Shown here: positions 41,193-51,909 of the stretch, piece by piece
Position numbering within the stretch: the first letter of the stretch is position 1
How the letters are laid out: every line of letters begins with the position of its first letter
NCBI GenBank assembly: GCA_964019335.1
Contig: OZ025710.1
Span: forward strand, 186,001 to 250,000
Source: Diplonema japonicum
Taxonomy: Eukaryota > Protista > Euglenozoa: Diplonemea
Length of the DNA: 64,000 nt
Reading direction: 5' to 3'
Made by a program: the position numbers and the translations under genes
The notes under the pieces: generated by a model
Seen by the model: the letters and a program-made list of their open reading frames with translations, nothing else
What the model was told of the DNA's origin: nothing
The model's database searches: none

Positions 41193-41729
41193 CCCACACA
41201 CCTGGTGCTTCCACCCGAGCTCGTGGGACAGACGTCCGAGCCTGCAGTACTTCCTGTTGGGGGCAAGACGGAGCACCCTAAGGGCCTGGGGGCACACAAC
41301 CCTCTTCACACGCTCCATGTTCTTGGGGACACCCTCGAAGCACACAAGGCGCTTCAAGGCGGCCCTCCCGCGCTTCTGGTGGTTGCGCTCGTTCTTAGTG
41401 ATCATCCCACGGATCTGTGAGGTGGGGGGATTAGATGAGGTAAAAAAAAAAAAACATACAACACGGGTGATCATGGCCGAGGGGGCACGGTGGTGGAAGG
41501 GACCCTTCCCGGGGTTGGTGAGGGTGCGCTTCCTCAGGAAGTCAAGCATCTTCAGCTTGTTACGGATGTGGGTCCCGGAGATGTTGGTTTCCTCGCACCT
41601 CACAAGGGTCACCTTCTCGCCGTTCTGGAGCTTCTTGGCCACAATACCGCAGATACGACCCATCAAGTGTCCCTTCATGTCCACGCAGGTCGCCTTCGCC
41701 TTCTTCTCGGTGATGGTGTGCTTACCCAT
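41000..41729 (-). CDS. RPL13A: 60S ribosomal protein L13a (uL13), copy 2; introns 41415-41459 and 41156-41201
   Basis: Reads identical by eye to 1171-1901 including both introns, except one A fewer in the poly(A) intron. Confidence 0.96.
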
Positions 41730-42781
41730 TTTATTTTTTGGGGGGTTTTTTTTTTCCTTTTTTCTTTTTAAAGATGCGGTGGAAGGGGAAAAAAAAAAAG
41801 TTTTTTTAAAAAAAAAGGAGAGAAAAAAAAAAAGACTGATGAAAAAAAAACCCGTGTGTAATACTGGACTTTAAAAAAAACACACACAATGGGGGGGGGG
41901 GGGGGCGAGAAGAAAAAAGCGACAAAGGCAGCACACGCTTCGTTACATTGTATTTTTGCCCTAACGTCAAAAATCGGATTTCTTTTTTTGTATTTCCCCC
42001 TTTGTCTTCTTCATGTGTTTCCATTTTTCGTTATACTGAATATAAAATCTCCACGCACTTTAAAAAAGAAAAACAAGGAACTTTGCCATGCATGTGAACA
42101 AGGCCCAGAATTTGTACTGCATGTTAACACTAATCTGGCTTGTTGAATAGATAGTTGTTAACAGAAAAAAAAAAGAAGAAGAAAAAAAAAGATGAGAGAC
42201 GGAAGGAAGTGGGAGTAAGGTTGCTTTTTAGTACAGAAATAAAATAAAAAAATTAAAGGGAAAGTAAGGAGAAGAAGAAGAAGAAGAAGAAGAAGGAAAC
42301 AAAAGAGGCGAGAGAGAGAGAGAGAAGAAAAAAAAAAGAAGGGACAAAGGGGACCGACATTTCTTATTATACAATGTACTGATACCGCTTTCGAATTTTC
42401 CAAACCTGTCGCTTTTTTCGAGAATTTTCTAATGGTGCAATTTTTTTTTGGCTTATTAAAGTACACTACAAAAAAAAAAGGGAATTGAAAAATAAATCTC
42501 CTTGTGTAGCCCCTTTAGAAAACCCACGGTACAAGCTGACGGGTTTTTAGAGATATTTCAACGATTTCTTTTCCCCCCCCTCCTCATCGTTCATTCTCAT
42601 TTTAACAGAAAAATTTTACTCAAAAATATTTTTTTTTCTTAAACTCATCCCCCCTTTTTTTTTTTGAAAAAAAAAAAAAAAAAAAAAAAAAAAAACACTC
42701 ACCCGAATCCCAAGTGAAAGGATGGGGTATTTTTTTTTTTAAAAAAACACGCACCAATTTTTTTTTTTTTATTTTATTTTT

Positions 42782-44965
42782 TTAAACCGACGTCCGTTTG
42801 CCTGCTCTAAGCCAGTCAACTAACAATTCATCGGTGTGGGTGGTGGGGTGGAAAAAATGCTGGTGCACAGGTGTGGCAGAGTGCATCTTCACAGGATCGC
42901 TGAGCACGATGCTCTTCAAGTGAAGAAGCGACTCCTCCAACAAACACGCAAATACCTCCGAAGAAGTTGTCCTGCTCCCAAAGTTTGACGTAATACAGAA
43001 TGAAACCTCCTTGTTCTTAATCATGTAACCAATACCAAACCCATCCGTCACTACAGGGCCAAACCCGAAAGTGTTGAGGGAAGACGATCCACAATGTGAC
43101 GTTGAAAGGTGCCAATGGGATGATTTTCTGTAACCAGTACCTTTGAATATGGCAGGAAGAGGAAAGTTCATTTCGTCACGATTCTCCTCATATGTTAACC
43201 GCAGGCCTAGAAGATGGCGGTCGACACCATTAGCCTGCTTCGCTTGTTTCATATATTCGACGTGAGCTTGTACAGCAGATCTTAACAACCCCAATTGTGT
43301 TGGAACTTTTTGCCCTGCTTTTCTGTGGGTCAACGCTGTGTCACACACACTTTTACAGAATGTCCACACTTCGGATGTAGCACTTCGAACTACTTCTGTC
43401 CTCCCGTGCAGGTATGATCTTGTAGATGCTGCTTCGTATGTCGCATCATTCTTCCCAAAGAATTTGAAGTAAGCCAACTGGATGGCAACCTGTACAAACG
43501 CGTCAGGAGACATCCCTGCAACGGTTTTCACAAATGCACCACCGAACTGGTGGAAACGAAGAACCTGTGTTTCCGTGGAAAGAATGGATTGTTTGAAGTC
43601 GGTGAAGGCGGTTCGGAGGCAGTTTTCAATATGAACATCGAGAACCCATCGTAGTGGCGTCACTTCGCACCGCAGCCCCATTCCGGTAGATTTAAACGTC
43701 TCGTAACGTTCGGTAATTTCATGTTTGGGTCTGCCGTGTTCTACAGCGTGTTTATACATTTCATCGGCTACCCGTAGTGTAGTGGCCCCGTCTCCTACGG
43801 AATGTTCGAAGTTGATCCCCGCTTGCCCGTTTTTACAAACGATTAAATTGTGTTTATCGAACCATCTGTTAACGCCTGGTCCGTGGAGGAGTAGTCTGGC
43901 CAGTTCATCTTCATGATCGGGTTCCATCTCTTCGAGGACTACAACAAACAGTGCTTTTTGAATGGTTTCCAGAGTGTTTCGATTTTTCTCGCTTGTGATG
44001 ATCATTTTCTCGCGGATTTTCGCCCAGTCGTCTCTGTTTAAAGTTGTTACGAGTTCAACGGGTACACCGGGACCGATCTCGTCAGAGCGATCCTTGCAGT
44101 GCTGGAGAAGGATTTCAATCTCTTCGATCGACGCCAGATCCGCCCCACCATCAGACAAAACCGGAAACGAAAAAAACTTGCTTCCCACCAACACAACAAC
44201 CTCCGTTGGCTCCGTGACAGTATATTCCGTTGTTAAAGAATGCGCCTCTGCACCAGTAACTCCTTGCTTTGTATACGTTACAATCTTGTCCCTATCAAGC
44301 TGTGGAATCCTTGAAGCCCCGAACACACGTGCCATCTGCGACATGCACAGAGGACGGTCCCTTTCAAAATCCATGTCCAGTCTTTCGGTTCGGTACTTTT
44401 GGTAGAAGATCAATGCGCCGTGGAGGAGCGATGCGGCACGGCCTACTTGAGACATCTTGTCGGGGTTCGGGTCGCTTTCAAAACCGAAGAAATAATTCAC
44501 GTTGATGGAGACGGGGTCCCTGCCGCATAGGTAGGAGTCATCCCACCATGATTCGAGCCATGATGGGAGGTTGTCTGCTGTTTGTCTTTTTTTAAGCTTT
44601 TCTTGGAGGGTCGGGCCAGAGGTCTTCAAGAACTCCTGGGCCTCTTCTTCTGCTTTGTCGAACTCATCTGCTGTAAGCAGTGGTTCAAGCGTTTTTAGGT
44701 ACCTCTCAACGGTGTCCTTCAAATCGGGCACAGGTAGTTTTTTCAACTTTTCCTGGTGCTCGGGGATCTTCGTCACCAGCTCCACTTCTTCCGGTCCGTC
44801 AACTGTGTGCTCGCAGGCGTCGGTCCATCCGAACACCGAACGGACTTCATTCGTGTGCCTGACAGGTGCTTCCTGCTGCCATGTGTGTCTTCTGATAACC
44901 TTTTCTTCAAACTCCTTCTGCTCCGCTTGGTCTTGCTCGCTTTGATTGGACCTGCGGTCTGACAT
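42782..44965 (-). CDS. Choline/carnitine O-acyltransferase family protein
   Basis: LPVPDLKDTVERYL, NRWFDK, FEHSVGDG, SPDAFVQVAIQLAY, GRTE, GVDRHL, LSTS and GFGPVVTDGFGIGY. Confidence 0.95.
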   Translation of the reverse strand: MSDRRSNQSEQDQAEQKEFEEKVIRRHTWQQEAPVRHTNEVRSVFGWTDACEHTVDGPEEVELVTKIPEHQEKLKKLPVPDLKDTVERYLKTLEPLLTADEFDKAEEEAQEFLKTSGPTLQEKLKKRQTADNLPSWLESWWDDSYLCGRDPVSINVNYFFGFESDPNPDKMSQVGRAASLLHGALIFYQKYRTERLDMDFERDRPLCMSQMARVFGASRIPQLDRDKIVTYTKQGVTGAEAHSLTTEYTVTEPTEVVVLVGSKFFSFPVLSDGGADLASIEEIEILLQHCKDRSDEIGPGVPVELVTTLNRDDWAKIREKMIITSEKNRNTLETIQKALFVVVLEEMEPDHEDELARLLLHGPGVNRWFDKHNLIVCKNGQAGINFEHSVGDGATTLRVADEMYKHAVEHGRPKHEITERYETFKSTGMGLRCEVTPLRWVLDVHIENCLRTAFTDFKQSILSTETQVLRFHQFGGAFVKTVAGMSPDAFVQVAIQLAYFKFFGKNDATYEAASTRSYLHGRTEVVRSATSEVWTFCKSVCDTALTHRKAGQKVPTQLGLLRSAVQAHVEYMKQAKQANGVDRHLLGLRLTYEENRDEMNFPLPAIFKGTGYRKSSHWHLSTSHCGSSSLNTFGFGPVVTDGFGIGYMIKNKEVSFCITSNFGSRTTSSEVFACLLEESLLHLKSIVLSDPVKMHSATPVHQHFFHPTTHTDELLVDWLRAGKRTSV

Positions 44966-45301
44966 ATTTTTTTTTTTAAAACACGCCTCTTTTTTTTTTT
45001 TGACAAGGAGAGATAGCGGGGAAAAGAATTGAAAAAAAAATAGGGGGGGAAACAGTGGGAGAGGGAGGGGGAAAAAAAAACTACTGGAGTATAAAAAATA
45101 AAAATAAACAGGATAGGTAGATTAACAATGGGGGGCTTTTCTTTCCCCCTTCTCTCCCCCCCCCCCCCTCCTCCTCTTGTATTATTTTTTGAATTGAGAT
45201 AAAAAAGAATACAAGAGGGTGGGGGGGGGAAGAGGGTAAAACGGAGCAGCAACACAATGTGCCAAATAGCACAAAAAAAAAAAAAAAAAACCCTTTCCCA
45301 A

Positions 45302-46339
45302 TCACCCGCTCCAGATCTCTTGGCCCTTAGCATGGAATTGATAAACGCAGTCGGAGTTTATTTCGTCAGCCTTCCAACCGGGCTCGATTTCGCCGCCTCC
45401 GCCGAAGGTGATTATATCTTTATCAGAGAGGACCCATTGTTTTCGTTTTATACCGTTGACAAAGAATCCGTTGGTGGATTCCTCATCGCAGAGGGTAACC
45501 TCCCAAGGAGAAGCGGTCGAAGCGGTGGGTATGGTGGAGAATGTAGCGTGCTTTCTAGAAATCATGTTTTTGATCAAAACTGAATCAATGATGACATCGG
45601 CTGCAGCTCTTTTTGATGAACGGCCCACTGTGAGCTTTTCCTTTGAGAGGACTATACGAGGCGGGACTGCAGGCGCAGCTTGCTTACAGAGGAGCAGCAG
45701 AACAGGAGGGGGAGGGGACGTTGATTTCGTCAGTAAGTCCGACGAACCTTGCGAGGCACTTTGCGAATTGAACTTGGGAAGAGGTGCAGGTGTCTTTGGT
45801 TCTTCATTCGGCTGTTTATTACTACTAGAATCATTATCACCACCCTGTGCTTGCAGGCTATCCCCAGTATAGATGGAATGGAGAAATGATTTTTCGCTGT
45901 TTTTATCAAGCGTGAAAAACGCCGGTGATTTCTCTTCCTTTGAAACCGTGCCGCCGTGTAGCTCCACGAGCTCCTTTAGATTTTGTTCTCCCACAGTAGT
46001 GTCTGTCCCGTTGATAGTGAAGGAGATTTTTTGGAACATTTTTCGTTGTTCGCTCGTTTGGACTTCGGACCACTCGCCTTTTTCTCCGCAGTCGGCCAAC
46101 CATGCTAAATTTACTATAGGTATGCCTCTTCCCTTTGCGTACATTTGTTTGAGCCCCCGCTCCTCTCCCGTTATGAGATGTGTGCACCCTTCCAGATTCC
46201 TGCTGTTGGCGATTTTGTAGCCCAGTTTCTTCCCGATACTGCGCAGTAACTCTTTCCCCTTCGCTCCTATCAAACTGCAGCCGAATACGGGGCATGTTTT
46301 GGTTACTTTACCGCTTGGCTTGCTTGGCGGTCGTGGCAT
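45302..46339 (-). CDS. BRCT-BRCT(partial)-FHA protein
   Basis: CTHLIT...GIPIVNLAWLADC (BRCT), LKELVELHGGTVS, and TVGR..ISRKHA..STNGFFVNG..LSDKDIITFG (FHA). Confidence 0.85.
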   Translation of the reverse strand: MPRPPSKPSGKVTKTCPVFGCSLIGAKGKELLRSIGKKLGYKIANSRNLEGCTHLITGEERGLKQMYAKGRGIPIVNLAWLADCGEKGEWSEVQTSEQRKMFQKISFTINGTDTTVGEQNLKELVELHGGTVSKEEKSPAFFTLDKNSEKSFLHSIYTGDSLQAQGGDNDSSSNKQPNEEPKTPAPLPKFNSQSASQGSSDLLTKSTSPPPPVLLLLCKQAAPAVPPRIVLSKEKLTVGRSSKRAAADVIIDSVLIKNMISRKHATFSTIPTASTASPWEVTLCDEESTNGFFVNGIKRKQWVLSDKDIITFGGGGEIEPGWKADEINSDCVYQFHAKGQEIWSG

Positions 46340-46345
46340 TTTTTT

Positions 46346-46390
<45 letters not shown>

Positions 46391-46428
46391 GAACAAGTAA
46401 ACAAATTTTTGAAAAAGAATTGTTTATT

Positions 46429-46460
<32 letters not shown>

Positions 46461-46465
<5 letters not shown>

Positions 46466-46735
46466 TAGAGGCAGCTTGCCCGTTTATCCCTACTGTAGGT
46501 GGAAACGGCTTGCATCGACATCGATCTTTCTGAACTGACTGCTGTCCTGTACCCCGAAGGAGCACCTGCAGCGCCGGTGGATTTCGATTGCGCGGTGCGA
46601 TTGAGAACATAAGACAGCCTTCCACTGCCTGAGGTGTGGATACCTGCCCAGGTGTGACTGCCTCGCCCAATGAGGCCTGTCTGAAACGGACATACAAGAA
46701 GGAGGCAGCCCACCTCCTAAAGGAGGTCACTCTTC
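46461..46735 (-). ncRNA. Candidate structured non-coding RNA, family unassigned
   Basis: GC-rich ~275-nt island with no convincing ORF, complementary ends, several hairpins including a cUUCGg tetraloop, followed by a T-run on the minus strand. Confidence 0.35.
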
Positions 46736-47038
46736 TTCTTTTTTTTTTTTTTCGGCGGCACATTAGACGACAATCAATGGCGAGGTGAATAAGCAATAAC
46801 CTATAATAAAAAAAAAAAATACATGTTATAGGGGATAATGTTATATAAATAAGACGAGGGAGGGGGGGGGGGTAAAAGATGGGAGTGTAATAAAATAAAT
46901 ATAAAAAAGCAAGAGTATTGGAGGGTAAAAAAGAAAAAAAAAAAAAAAAAAGCGGTCCAATTATTCATTGTGATCCTTTTTTTTTCCCCCCCTCCTTCCC
47001 CCGTATTCACATGTGTAAAATGAAAAAAAAAAAAACCC

Positions 47039-47410
47039 CTAGATTTTTTTCACGAAGAAAAATTTTAGCACCTCGTAGGTGGTCTGTTGAATGGCGTCGG
47101 TGTCTTCCATGGTGATTGCGTTCGTGTCCTTCAGCACCCAGCCGCCTTCTTCTTCCAAAGCGTCTAGAAGCGAAAGGCATAACATACTTTGACCCAATTG
47201 ATCGCAGAACTGACCTATAAGCCTTACGCACCAGTGAGGGGGGGATGACTCGTGGATGAATTTTGGTGGTGCCGTCTTCGTCCCCTGCGCTGTCGAGGTC
47301 ATTCTAGGGAACAAACTGTTCAGCTTTTCGACAGTGGTCTCCTTGATAGGGCCGATAATTTTTACCTGCGGAGGGTTAAACATAAAATTCACAATGAGAT
47401 TAGGTCGGGT

Positions 47411-47413
<3 letters not shown>
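47039..47413 (-). CDS. Small hypothetical protein resembling conserved euglenozoan proteins
   Basis: 124 aa, MTRPNLIV..NPPQVKIIGP..LLDALEEEGGW; ATG directly follows (A)37. Confidence 0.8.
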
Positions 47414-47450
<37 letters not shown>

Positions 47451-47968
47451 CCCTGCAACTCCTAGGGGCGGATGGTATGGGGAGAGATTTTCAATCAACA
47501 ATACATATGGGGGTTGCCTTCATTTTGCCAGAGCACACCATTCTCTTTTTTTTTTTTCGCCCTTCTTCTTCAAAAAAATAGAAATAAAAAATTCTTTTGA
47601 AGAAAGAAAGAAAAAAAAAAGTCTGGTGTGCCCCCATTGTGCTGCTAATGAAAGCACCGAACAGAGGGCGGGTGTATTGGCACAGTTCCCTCTGGCGGCT
47701 TCTTTTTTTTATAAAGAGGGAGGGGGGGGGGTATTTTTTTTTTTAAAAAAGGGTGGGGATGATATTGGTGCGTGTGTTTGGGTAGTTTCTTTTTTTTTTT
47801 ACTATTTTCTCCTTAAACCACTACAATATAAAAAAAGCTTGTTTGGGGATTGAACTATGTGGTTGGGGGGGGGGGCTGATTTTTTTCCCGTAAACCACCC
47901 TTCAGTATTGAAAAAAAAGGGGAATATGCTACACAAGGACGCCAATACTTTTTTTTTTCTCCCCCATT

Positions 47969-48039
47969 CTAGTTGCTCTTGTGCATCTTGCTGATAATCT
48001 TGCGCACTTTGTTGTAGGACTCCTCCTTGTCTTCAGGCA

Positions 48040-48073
<34 letters not shown>

Positions 48074-48642
48074 CGACTTCAAACCTTCTGGACGATGACT
48101 GCTGAGGTAGGTCTTTTCGACAGAGTGGCGGCACCGAGGTCACCCCTGGAGGGCACCCAGATATATTGAACCTTTTTTTTTTTTTTTTTTTTTTTTTCCC
48201 ACAAACATTTTTGCTCTCGAGAAGAAGCGGCATGTGGCTGATCACGTCCAAAGGCGAAATATCGGCAGCCAAAATGACAAGGGAGTTGGAACCAGCCTTT
48301 TCCTTGCGGACAATCTTGGTAACCTCCTTGATCCCCCTCACCATTGTCTTTCCCTTGGTGGCGTACTTAACCATAGAAAGGACCTTTTTCGTCAAGTTTT
48401 CGACGTCTGTAGGTGGGGGAATAATTTAAAAAAAAGAGAAAAAAAAATTTTTTTTGAAAACTACCATTTGAAATCGGGTGCGCGATAGGCACGCAAATTC
48501 GGACTACCTCGGAGGTTTCTGCCGGGGCGGCGGTCTCAGCTTCGGGCTCCTTAGCCTTCTTTTCCTTCTTCTCCTTCTTATCTTTCTTGGCCTTCTTGGC
48601 CACGTTGTCGTCCTTCTCCTCCCTGGCGCGCTTGGTACCCAT
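47969..48642 (-). CDS. NHP2: H/ACA snoRNP protein NHP2 (L7Ae family); introns 48407-48464, 48172-48206, 48041-48084
   Basis: PIAHPI, RGIKEVTK, LAADISPLDVISHMP and WVPSRGDLGAATLSKRPTS after splicing. Confidence 0.92.
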
Positions 48643-49841
48643 TATTTTTTTTGTTGTTTTTTTTTTGTTCCCCCTTTTTTTTTTTTAAATTTTGTTTTAC
48701 AATATTCTTTTGCAAGAAGAAAGCACCGAGAGGATGGGCGAAATAGATTGAAGGCAAAAAAAAAAAAAAATGGAAAAGAAGGGGGCAGGGGGATATACCC
48801 ACGGGGAAGAAAAAAAAATTGGGGTTGCAATTTTTTTTTGATGCTTTTTTTTTTGGATTCCCCACCCCACGATACAAAGAAGGTAGCAAAGGGGGGGGGG
48901 GGGGGTGTTTCTTTCTCTGTTTCTTAGTGAAAAAAGAAAGAAATACGGAAAAAAAAAAAAAAAAAAAAAACACACTCACGGATATTTCCGAGTACAACGA
49001 GCCATTACATCTTTTTTTTTTTTTGCGACAGTTAACGCACGATGTCTTTTTTTTCTTTGTACAAAAAAAACTTAGAGGCTCATTTTCTCCTTTTTTTATT
49101 GAATGTTCGAGGGGGGGGGAGAGTACTATGGTTTTTTTATTTTTACTTAAATTTTTTTTATACCGCACAACCTCTCAAATTTCTTCTTTTCTTCAATCTT
49201 TGGGGGAGAAATGGGGGCATAAACCAACCACGGAAACTAAGGACACAACAAGTTTGAACATTTCGATTCCTCTTTCTCTTAAAAAAATAGGGGGGGGGGA
49301 GCTATTGCATCGCACTGAATTTTTATCCATTTGCGGGTCAGATTTTTTTTTTTTTCCAGTTGTCCGTGTAAAAATTTTAAAAAAAAATTTTTTTCAACTT
49401 AGCTGCTGCGTTGTTTTGCCTGCGAATAGTCTTCAGTGGGAGGCGGACAGGAAGGCAACCCAAGCCGGTTTTTTTCCTCTCTTTTCTTTCCCCCCTCTTT
49501 TTCTTTTCTTCAGGGGGGGGGAAGAAAAAAAAGAAAGAACGCATTCGCGATGCCATTTGCTGACCGGAAACCGATAAATCAGCTTTAAAAAAAAAAAAAA
49601 AAAAAAAAAACCAAACAATAGCATAATTGCGGTACCAGGGGGAACCTTGTGTCCTATAAGAACAACCCTCCTCCTCCCCCAGTCCAGCTAAGCGAATCTT
49701 TTTTTTTTTTCCTAAACAACTAAGAATTTTTTTCGGGGAGGGGGATGTTGTTCCTTCTCCTATTTAGAATAAAAAAACAAACAAAAAAACAAAGCAAAGT
49801 TAGAGGAGGGGGGGGGATGACCAACCATATATCCCTGTATT

Positions 49842-50345
49842 TTACATCAAGCATGTCACATCCCCAGCAGTAGCACTAGACGGCTTCAGAAGGAAAGGGT
49901 GGCTGCGGGTCGGGTGAAGAGAGGAGCCTGCGGAGAGCATTTCAGTGGCATGATCACAGTCACTTTGAATGGTTTTAATCAAATCGTCAAGCGAAGTAAA
50001 GGGGGTCATTGGCCGGATGTACCCCGCCACGTAGCACGTCACCATCTGCCCGTAAAAATCTTCTTCGAATTTGTGCAAGATGTGGACCTCCACAGTTACT
50101 TTGATATTCTTATAATGTGGGTTGTCCCCCACACTCATAGCCATCGCATGTACCTCGCCATCCCCCACCCTTGCCCACCCAAAGTACACCCCTTGCTTCA
50201 CTCGCCCTTTCATCTCCTCCCCTTTGTCTCCGAATTCCAGATTGGCGGTGGGGAACCCTAATTCTTTAGAACCTCTTTGGAACCCAGTCACTACCTTCCC
50301 GTACAGGAGCAAGGGGCACTTCAGGTAGTCGGATTCTTCTGGCAT
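49842..50345 (-). CDS. RFK: Riboflavin kinase
   Basis: GFQRGSKELGFPTANL, GVYFGWA, MSVGDNPHY, EVHILHKFEEDFYG and GYIRP. Confidence 0.96.
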   Translation of the reverse strand: MPEESDYLKCPLLLYGKVVTGFQRGSKELGFPTANLEFGDKGEEMKGRVKQGVYFGWARVGDGEVHAMAMSVGDNPHYKNIKVTVEVHILHKFEEDFYGQMVTCYVAGYIRPMTPFTSLDDLIKTIQSDCDHATEMLSAGSSLHPTRSHPFLLKPSSATAGDVTCLM

Positions 50346-50461
50346 TTTTTTTTTTAATTTCTCCTTTTTTTTTTTGAAGGGAAAAAAGGGCTCGACAAAG
50401 AAAAAAAAAAAAAAAAAAGAATCTCCTTCTGGGAGATCCCGAGAAAAGTTGCTAAAGTTTT

Positions 50462-50492
<31 letters not shown>

Positions 50493-50510
50493 CCTTCGCC
50501 CGCAAAGTCT

Positions 50511-51746
50511 TCACAGCAACACCTGAAACACAGAAAGACTAGTCAACAGCATAAGAGACGACGCTTGGTGCAGGACCGCCAAGGGTATAGGGGTCTCGTT
50601 CATTAGCGTGACGATGCCAAGGGAAACCTGCCAGACAGTAAGAGCCTGCACCAGAGTAAGAGCACGTCCCGCTGGCGTGCCCACAAGAGCAGCGGCAATG
50701 ACAGGATTCCGGGCTTTGTACGAAAGAAGCCCAACCGCGAGGAGCGAACTCATCGCCATGCATCTATGGGTGAATTGCGCGAAAACAGGATTTTCATAAA
50801 GGTTGCGAGGCCATGCAGAGCCGAACTTCTCAAGGAAGAGCTCATCAGCAGGAGGCACGTACCCCTTCCCCATCTTCGGGAATTCACAATATATCCACCC
50901 CGCATCCAGCCCCGCTACCGCAGCACCTGTCATGGCCGTGGCGAACACCCACCCCATGGTCCCATGGACAAATTTTTTCATTGGTTTAAACACAGGTCTC
51001 GTTCTTGCCCTTAAAGTCCCTCTGTACAAGTGGACACCTGTTGTGGTCAGGCCTAGCGTTAGTATAAAAGCGGTTCCCAAATGCAACGCGAGCCTGTAAG
51101 GCGACACTGTGGCCTTGGAGTTGTCCTTGAAATTGTTGTGCTGCAACCCCGACTTGACCATCAACCACCCAATCAGCCCTTGCAGACCACCCAAGGATCC
51201 TAGGATCGCGAGTCGCTTTGTGAGGTTGTGTTGGGACACCCTTCCCCTAGAAGCGAAGTATACTAACGGGAGGAAGTACACCATGCCAACGGTCCTGCCC
51301 AAGGCACGGTGGAACCACTCCCAGAAGAAGATCGACTTGAAGTCGGAGAGAGTACAGTGAGGGTTCTGTGCGAACTCAGGGCTGCCTCTGTACTTTTCAA
51401 ACTCAGCCGCCCATTCTTCTTCCGTCAGCGGTGGGACCATACCGGTTACAGGACGCCATTCTACTATGCTGAGCCCGCTTTCTGTAAGACGCGTGATGCC
51501 ACCCACTACCACTATGCCAAACACCATCCCAGCGCATGTGAACAACCAGTAAGCCATGGGTTTGTCGGGGTCGCTGTAGATAATCTTCTCGGTGGTGGTG
51601 TTGTTGTTGTTTTCGCTGCACCACCTGGCTTGGAACAGGCTCTTTCTCTGATTCTGAGCAACGGGGTTGTTGTTGCATCTAATGCTGTTAAAGGGTGTCT
51701 TTCCCATTACCATTCGGGCAGCGGTTCCTATCGATCTTCGTAGCAT
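50511..51746 (-). CDS. COX15: Heme A synthase
   Basis: GGITRLTESGLSI, FFWEWFHR, VSPYRLALHL, VAGLDAG, QFTHR and LHQ; MLRR presequence. Confidence 0.96.
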   Translation of the reverse strand: MLRRSIGTAARMVMGKTPFNSIRCNNNPVAQNQRKSLFQARWCSENNNNTTTEKIIYSDPDKPMAYWLFTCAGMVFGIVVVGGITRLTESGLSIVEWRPVTGMVPPLTEEEWAAEFEKYRGSPEFAQNPHCTLSDFKSIFFWEWFHRALGRTVGMVYFLPLVYFASRGRVSQHNLTKRLAILGSLGGLQGLIGWLMVKSGLQHNNFKDNSKATVSPYRLALHLGTAFILTLGLTTTGVHLYRGTLRARTRPVFKPMKKFVHGTMGWVFATAMTGAAVAGLDAGWIYCEFPKMGKGYVPPADELFLEKFGSAWPRNLYENPVFAQFTHRCMAMSSLLAVGLLSYKARNPVIAAALVGTPAGRALTLVQALTVWQVSLGIVTLMNETPIPLAVLHQASSLMLLTSLSVFQVLL

Positions 51747-51855
51747 CTTTGTTTTACTTTTTTTTTCTTCTTCTCCCTTTTCCTTTCCCCTTTCAGAAGA
51801 AAGCGGGTAAAACGGGGGAAAAAAAAAATTCTTTTTTTTTTTCTTCCACACTCTT

Positions 51856-51894
<39 letters not shown>

Positions 51895-51909
51895 CCATCC
51901 CCTCCATCA

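Noticed and set aside
46461-46735. Firm call as SRP RNA, RNase P/MRP RNA or riboswitch
   Set aside because: Only partial look-alikes of the diagnostic motifs; left unassigned.
49397-49700. Small GC islands as snoRNAs or micro-exons
   Set aside because: No paired C/D boxes, no convincing AGA hairpin, and no spliced frame could be built.
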